Positions 63,279 through 64,000 of a DNA stretch of 64,000 nt are shown here, piece by piece. Positions within the stretch are counted from its first letter, which is position 1. Every line of letters starts with the position of its first letter. The stretch is from Paraspadella gotoi (taxonomy: Eukaryota > Animalia > Chaetognatha), in NCBI GenBank assembly GCA_051294375.1, contig CM119268.1:1881486-1945485 (forward strand), given 5' to 3'. The notes below the pieces were generated by a model. It saw only the letters and a list, made by a program, of their open reading frames with translations. It had not been told where the DNA came from and searched no databases. Both the position numbers and the translations under genes were made by a program.

Positions 63279-64000
63279 GGAGGAGCCAAGAAGGCCTGGA
63301 TTTAAGGGGAGATTTGAAAGGATTTATTTTAGGATTTATGGGTCTAACGCGGCTGTTTAACCGGCATAAAAGTGAAAATTAAAACGATTAAAACACTTTT
63401 TTTTGTCATTTGTCTTTTTTTTCGTTCATGTCGTAGTGGAGATAGTTTAATCATACCTTATAATGAACATGGTACAATTGAAATAAAAATTATACATTTT
63501 TTCCATAGACATTAGACAAGCCATCCAACTCCGACTTGGAAGAGATAACAAATAGCAACACCGATGCATTGCATTGAAAGCTTGAGCCTGAAACTTTTCA
63601 ATCACGTCTCTCTCTCATTCTAATTTATTTACTACCAAAGTACCTGGCTTTTTTTTAAACAATGAATTGGTATAATGTGTTCCGAACTGTTTAAATTGTA
63701 TGAAAAACGACCACTCACTTACGTTAATGTTATATCAAGTAAATAAAAAATGCGCTTTTATTCAGTATGCCACATCATTAACAAACAATACACAGTGCCA
63801 CTAAGTCTAAAAAAATGTTCACCTGGCGACATCTTGGCCGAGGAGAGGCCCGCCTCCATCAACGCGTTCTGCGTCTCAACCATAGCGTTGATTTCGAAAT
63901 TGTAAGAGCGTTTTTTATTTAATTTTTAGCGTAAACTCCGCACTTTTTATTTGAGCGTCTTCGAGCGCATTCGCGTTTGTTAATTGATCTAATTAAGTTC

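Overview
Eukaryotic genomic DNA from an invertebrate animal (species not determinable from sequence), with GC/CpG-rich exons, short AT-rich spliceosomal introns and no prokaryotic features. The window has two sharply different halves. (1) 1-38.9 kb: 17 consecutive protein-coding genes, all on the + strand, mostly 85-640 bp apart: TERT (3' part), PREP, an ACSM-like ligase, RPS25, TDRD7-like, MIS12, a double-MS4A membrane protein, mitochondrial EF-Ts, NUDC, DDX11, a C2H2 zinc-finger gene, an RDH-like SDR, an orphan acidic ORF, IDE, NOG1/GTPBP4, PHF5A and POLE4. Unpaired splice acceptors lie just upstream of several start codons, as expected for long SL-trans-spliced eukaryotic operons. The block also holds two solo-LTR-like insertions with 4-bp TSDs, an inverted-repeat element carrying a minimal Penelope-type hammerhead ribozyme, a four-fold in-frame duplicated splice donor in NOG1, and substitutions at normally invariant residues (TERT motif B', PHF5A Cys61, EF-Ts Phe). 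(2) 39-64 kb: gene-poor, GA-microsatellite-rich DNA ending in the first coding exon of a minus-strand Six1/2 (sine oculis) gene. Its SIX-domain and homeobox exons are not visible, probably lost in a low-quality, gapped, artefactually duplicated segment at about 49-60 kb. Gene models were inferred by eye and CDS coordinates span introns.
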